Assembly: GCA_017499595.2 (NCBI GenBank) | Contig: CM039002.1 | Location: forward strand, 2,232,001 to 2,296,000 | DNA length: 64,000 nt | DNA from: Psilocybe cubensis | Taxonomy: Eukaryota | Direction of reading: 5' to 3' | Made by a program: the position numbers and the translations under genes | Notes under the pieces: generated by a model | What the model was told of the DNA's origin: nothing | The model's input: only the letters and a program-made list of their open reading frames with translations | The model's database searches: none | Shown here: in pieces, positions 61,391 to 64,000 of the stretch | Layout of the letters: each line of letters starts with the position of its first letter | Position numbering within the stretch: position 1 is the stretch's first letter

Positions 61391-64000
61391 TGTCAGGGTT
61401 TCTCTAGTTTTTCCTCTTTATCTTCACAGAATTATCTTATCCTTTCATTATCTTATCAATTATCTGATTAGATAGTTTATTTCTTTCATCACAGCCTTCT
61501 TGCTCCACTTCTTTCTAGTAAATTCTATATGATTCCTAGTCTTACTCATCCTTTTTGTATATGATGTCACTTTTATTCTTTAACCTTCCTTTATGATGTA
61601 ATGTAGGGAATATTCTAGAATAGCTGTAGAGTATAAATACTGGACTTGTAGGTAGCTGTAGCTTCAGCTTCAATCTCTTAGGATATCCACTATCATTGGT
61701 GTGATCTCTTAGAACCATTGAATCTCTCTCACTCTCTTATTCTCTCTTTGCTCTTTTACTCTCCCTCTGCTCTCTCTCTCTCTTTCTCTTGCTTAATCTT
61801 TGTTGGTGGCCTTGTCATACTGATTATAGTGTTGCCCTGACACTGGCGCATCCATGGATAAGGCCGTGTCTGCACTTCGACCCTGAACAAATTCCGCAGG
61901 GGACGCCATCTCGCAATCTTTGCCATAGTCCATTTCCCTTCTTGGCGAGGGGCTCTGTCGAACACGTCGTTGCCGTGGACGAGACCGTGTTGAGCTTTCT
62001 GGAAGTGTCGTGTCGAGGCTGCGCCTGCGTCGACCAAGGGATGTTGGTGGTGGGGTGGTAGGTCGGCCCCGCTTACAACTCCCCTTGGATTCATCTGGGG
62101 TTATTGGCGACATGTGGGTCGAGGTAGCAACTGGCGGACCGTGGAGAGATGAAGGGCCTGAGCAAGACACAGAGGATGACAGTGGCATTACCAACATTGT
62201 GTCAACTGTGATACTCGTCAAACCACCCGAGTCGGTTGTCGTTCCTACTGTCATCGGGGTGGGGTCCGGTTCAATAGTGTCGTACCATGGCGTATCTTCC
62301 CGATCGTACGGGGCCGGCTGAGGGCTGGGGTCACGTCTGATTATTTTTGCGGGACGTGATAGTCTGCCGCGCCCAGGCTGGCGTGTCTCGTAACGCCCTC
62401 TGTGCGGTTCATGGTGGCCCTTCTGCACAAATGCACCAGCCAACTCCGAGGGTGGAAGCAAATGCTTACAAAAGTCCCATTCATTCTTGACTCCGTTATA
62501 GACCTTTTGGTGAGCTCCAAGCGCGGTCTCCTCCCGTTCATGTGCCGACTTGGCTATGTGTTGGCGCAGGTAAACACTGGACCCCTCGGTGGATACTAGA
62601 GTTTTCCAAACAAACACCTTAGTTTGATTGATGGGCGGGTCTGTCTCACGGTTCAACCGTATTATCCTCTCTTCTTCAGTCTCTGTGGCCAAAATTTTCT
62701 GCCGCTCCCTGACCCGCGCAGCCCAGTATGCATCCCAGTCATCATGTACTGACGAGAGCAGCCTTAGGTTTCCATGTGGCAATTCAATCATGTGCAGCGT
62801 AGGCAGGTTAGCACTATCAATGGCGAGTTTGCGCTGTTCCTCGTCTTTCTGTTGTAGTGCAGCCTCCATTTCTTCGAATGGTCTGGACATGTATCTATCC
62901 AGTGCCTTGGGGTCATGGGCAAAATGGTTGCTCAGGATAGAGTACACCAAAGTTCGCGAATACTTGTCTCCAAGGACCTTCATGGTTAGCCCTTCGGTCG
63001 GATGAACATGGCTGAAGAATTTACGAGCAAAAGCGGCTGCGAAAGAGACGTCCATGGACTCAAATAACTCAGTCAACAGCTGAGCCAACAGGTCATGCGG
63101 GGGCTGAAGGTGTGGATTCACATTGAGATGAGTAACAATGAACTCCTCTTCCTGTATGCGCCATGGATAATATACTGGAATGGAGTGCTCCAGAAACCAG
63201 TCGACAGGGGGGCGTGTCGGGTGGGTGCTAGTCCAATCATAGACAATACCAGCTCGCGGTGTTTTGGCATCGTATGAATAGACATTGGAGTTGTAAAATC
63301 CATCCAGCCATGCTTCTGTAATTTCTGGGTGTTCGGAGCGCAGCCTGTGATGCCATGCTGGGACGGGACTTCGAGGATCATGTTTGATATGTCTTGAATG
63401 AACCTCTCGACGACTTTGGGCGCAGAGATACGACAGGTACCCCATCCATAGTATGAAAGCATTCCGGCTGGCATTGATACTGCGGTAGGCGGCTTCCTCA
63501 GTGCGATGTTTAAGCATGTACCCCAAGCTTTGCGGGACTGGTGGTGGCGTCCCCGGTATGCGACACCACAGGCGCACTTTTTCAGCCACCAGGATTAAAT
63601 TGACCTCGCAGTCGTACCATTTTCGTTGTTCCAGCGTGTCCATGGCCCAGGTAGGCGGTTGCTTTGGCACCCGTGGGTTCATCTGGCCATCCCTATGGCA
63701 AAATAACTTTGGACTCCAGCACAGAAATTCGAACGGCAAGGACACAAAAGAGGGCGACAGTGGAAAGAAAGCCATCCATCCATATGAATCATGCCACCGA
63801 ATGGGTTGCTTGAATCCCTCCAGTTCTAGGTCGTGCAGGGACGCATCTGTCGATGTGAATTTGCGTGCAAAGACCTCTTTAAAGTCCTGGTTGGGAGGGG
63901 GGATGAGGACCACTCACTTGGAGTTGGGTGACGCATAGATTGTGCCCTTCTGAATGAATGCCGACCCTTCCGACCAATTGATGGGTGCTTGGTTTGGCAT

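Larger units (their letters stand above)
55462..61842 (+). mobile_element. Ty3/Gypsy chromovirus LTR retrotransposon, copy 2 (apparently intact)
   Basis: LTRs 55462-55913 and 61391-61842 with no difference seen, TSD CTGGC at 55457-55461 and 61843-61847, intact gag and pol. Confidence 0.97.
54214..64000 (-). pseudogene. Large (~1100 codon) unknown fungal gene split by retrotransposon copy 2
   Basis: Removing 55462-61842 plus one TSD joins ...LSMDAP|DAAGLEQQIRPK... in frame. Intron 54519-54571, last exon with SWFPP..WTPTNEAWY, and an in-frame TGA at 63914-63916. Confidence 0.8.

Noticed and set aside
46252-61842. Tandem segmental duplication or assembly duplication of one element
   Set aside because: Different TSDs, different flanks and copy-specific LTR variants indicate separate insertions.

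Overview
Intron-rich genomic DNA from a basidiomycete mushroom (Agaricales-like). The terpene synthase resembles my recollection of Psilocybe cubensis CubA, which I cannot verify here. Positions 1-40 kb form a housekeeping block: dolichol kinase, a GAF hybrid histidine kinase, homocitrate synthase, Vps71/SWC6, a single gene fusing cystathionine beta-lyase to mevalonate kinase, a Cop4-type sesquiterpene synthase, RPB5, SWD2, TRAP-alpha, two unknown helical proteins, Ras1 and CIA30. The first ~16 kb is full of simple-sequence expansions. Positions 40-64 kb are a decayed accessory zone: a perfect 19-bp hairpin, broken GH92, DNA polymerase epsilon and M20 amidohydrolase genes, and two independent full-length insertions of one Ty3/Gypsy chromovirus with 452-bp LTRs and TSDs AATGG and CTGGC. 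The element looks essentially CpG-free and carries a Tf1-like self-priming PBS and a -1 frameshift signal. The second copy splits a ~1100-codon unknown gene that is restored in frame when the element is removed. All gene models were spliced by eye, so boundaries are approximate.
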